37,612 bases of DNA from a bacterium. Its GTDB lineage: Bacteria > UBP15 > UBA6099 > JAJRTR01. The stretch covers positions 1-37,612 of the forward strand of contig JAJRTR010000007.1 of NCBI GenBank assembly GCA_024278215.1, given 5' to 3'. A program made the translations under genes and the position numbers. Below the pieces are notes generated by a model that was not told the DNA's origin, searched no databases, and saw only the letters and a program-made list of their open reading frames with translations. Shown one piece after another: positions 37,472 to 37,612 of this stretch (position 1 is its first letter; the number at the start of each line of letters is the position of its first letter).

Positions 37472-37612
37472 TCAGGACTCCTGATCTGGAGGAAAAGAGT
37501 TTGACACCAGTTCGTAGACGAGGCGAAGGTTTGTGTTGGGATAACGGGTCTGTGATTCGTTGAGAGTTTCGATCAGGGTGAGCAATGCGTTGTCTGAGGA
37601 GTGATTTGTGAG
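37472..37612 (-). CDS. 3' end of an unidentified gene entering from outside the window
   Basis: Open frame from the window edge, LTNHSSDNALLTLIETLNESQTRYPNTNLRLVYELVSNSFPPDQES*. GC content is higher than in the adjacent AT-rich spacer. Confidence 0.35.
   Translation of the reverse strand, partial: LTNHSSDNALLTLIETLNESQTRYPNTNLRLVYELVSNSFPPDQES

Noticed and set aside
37472-37612. C-terminus of the missing DGR reverse transcriptase
   Set aside because: 46 residues with no recognisable RT motif; it cannot be assigned without the upstream sequence.

Overview
Bacterial chromosomal window in three parts. (1) 1-16.5 kb: a minus-strand division/cell-wall (dcw) cluster, mraZ-rsmH-ftsL-ftsI-murE-murF-mraY-murD-ftsW-murG-ftsQ-DUF881-sbp-ftsA-ftsZ, then a partial radical SAM gene. 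ftsA is split by a 1-nt frameshift and ftsW reads through into murG; both may be sequencing indels. (2) 17.3-31.3 kb: housekeeping and envelope genes (bicupin, UbiA-family prenyltransferase, SAM methyltransferase, PseG/SpsG-like protein, a 1040-aa double cNMP-binding protein, a PQQ-like beta-propeller lipoprotein, acyl-CoA ligase, ribBA-ribH, a VTT membrane protein). (3) 31.3-37 kb: an accessory region with a ~180-bp MITE, a DUF4258/DUF2283 pair whose DUF4258 has a premature stop, and what looks like a partly deleted diversity-generating retroelement (DGR). The DGR-like locus is the most interesting feature. A ~1050-aa surface lipoprotein carries TWO FGE-sulfatase (C-type-lectin fold) domains. 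Their C-terminal segments differ almost only at codon positions 1-2 of NNC-type codons, the signature of adenine mutagenesis. Downstream are a 7/8-bp tandem-repeat tract, a GGA-loop hairpin, a 36-codon Avd-like fragment broken by a palindromic repeat, and a structured GC-rich element resembling a DGR spacer RNA. No template repeat or reverse transcriptase is visible in the window. All family calls come from motif recognition by eye, not from database searches.
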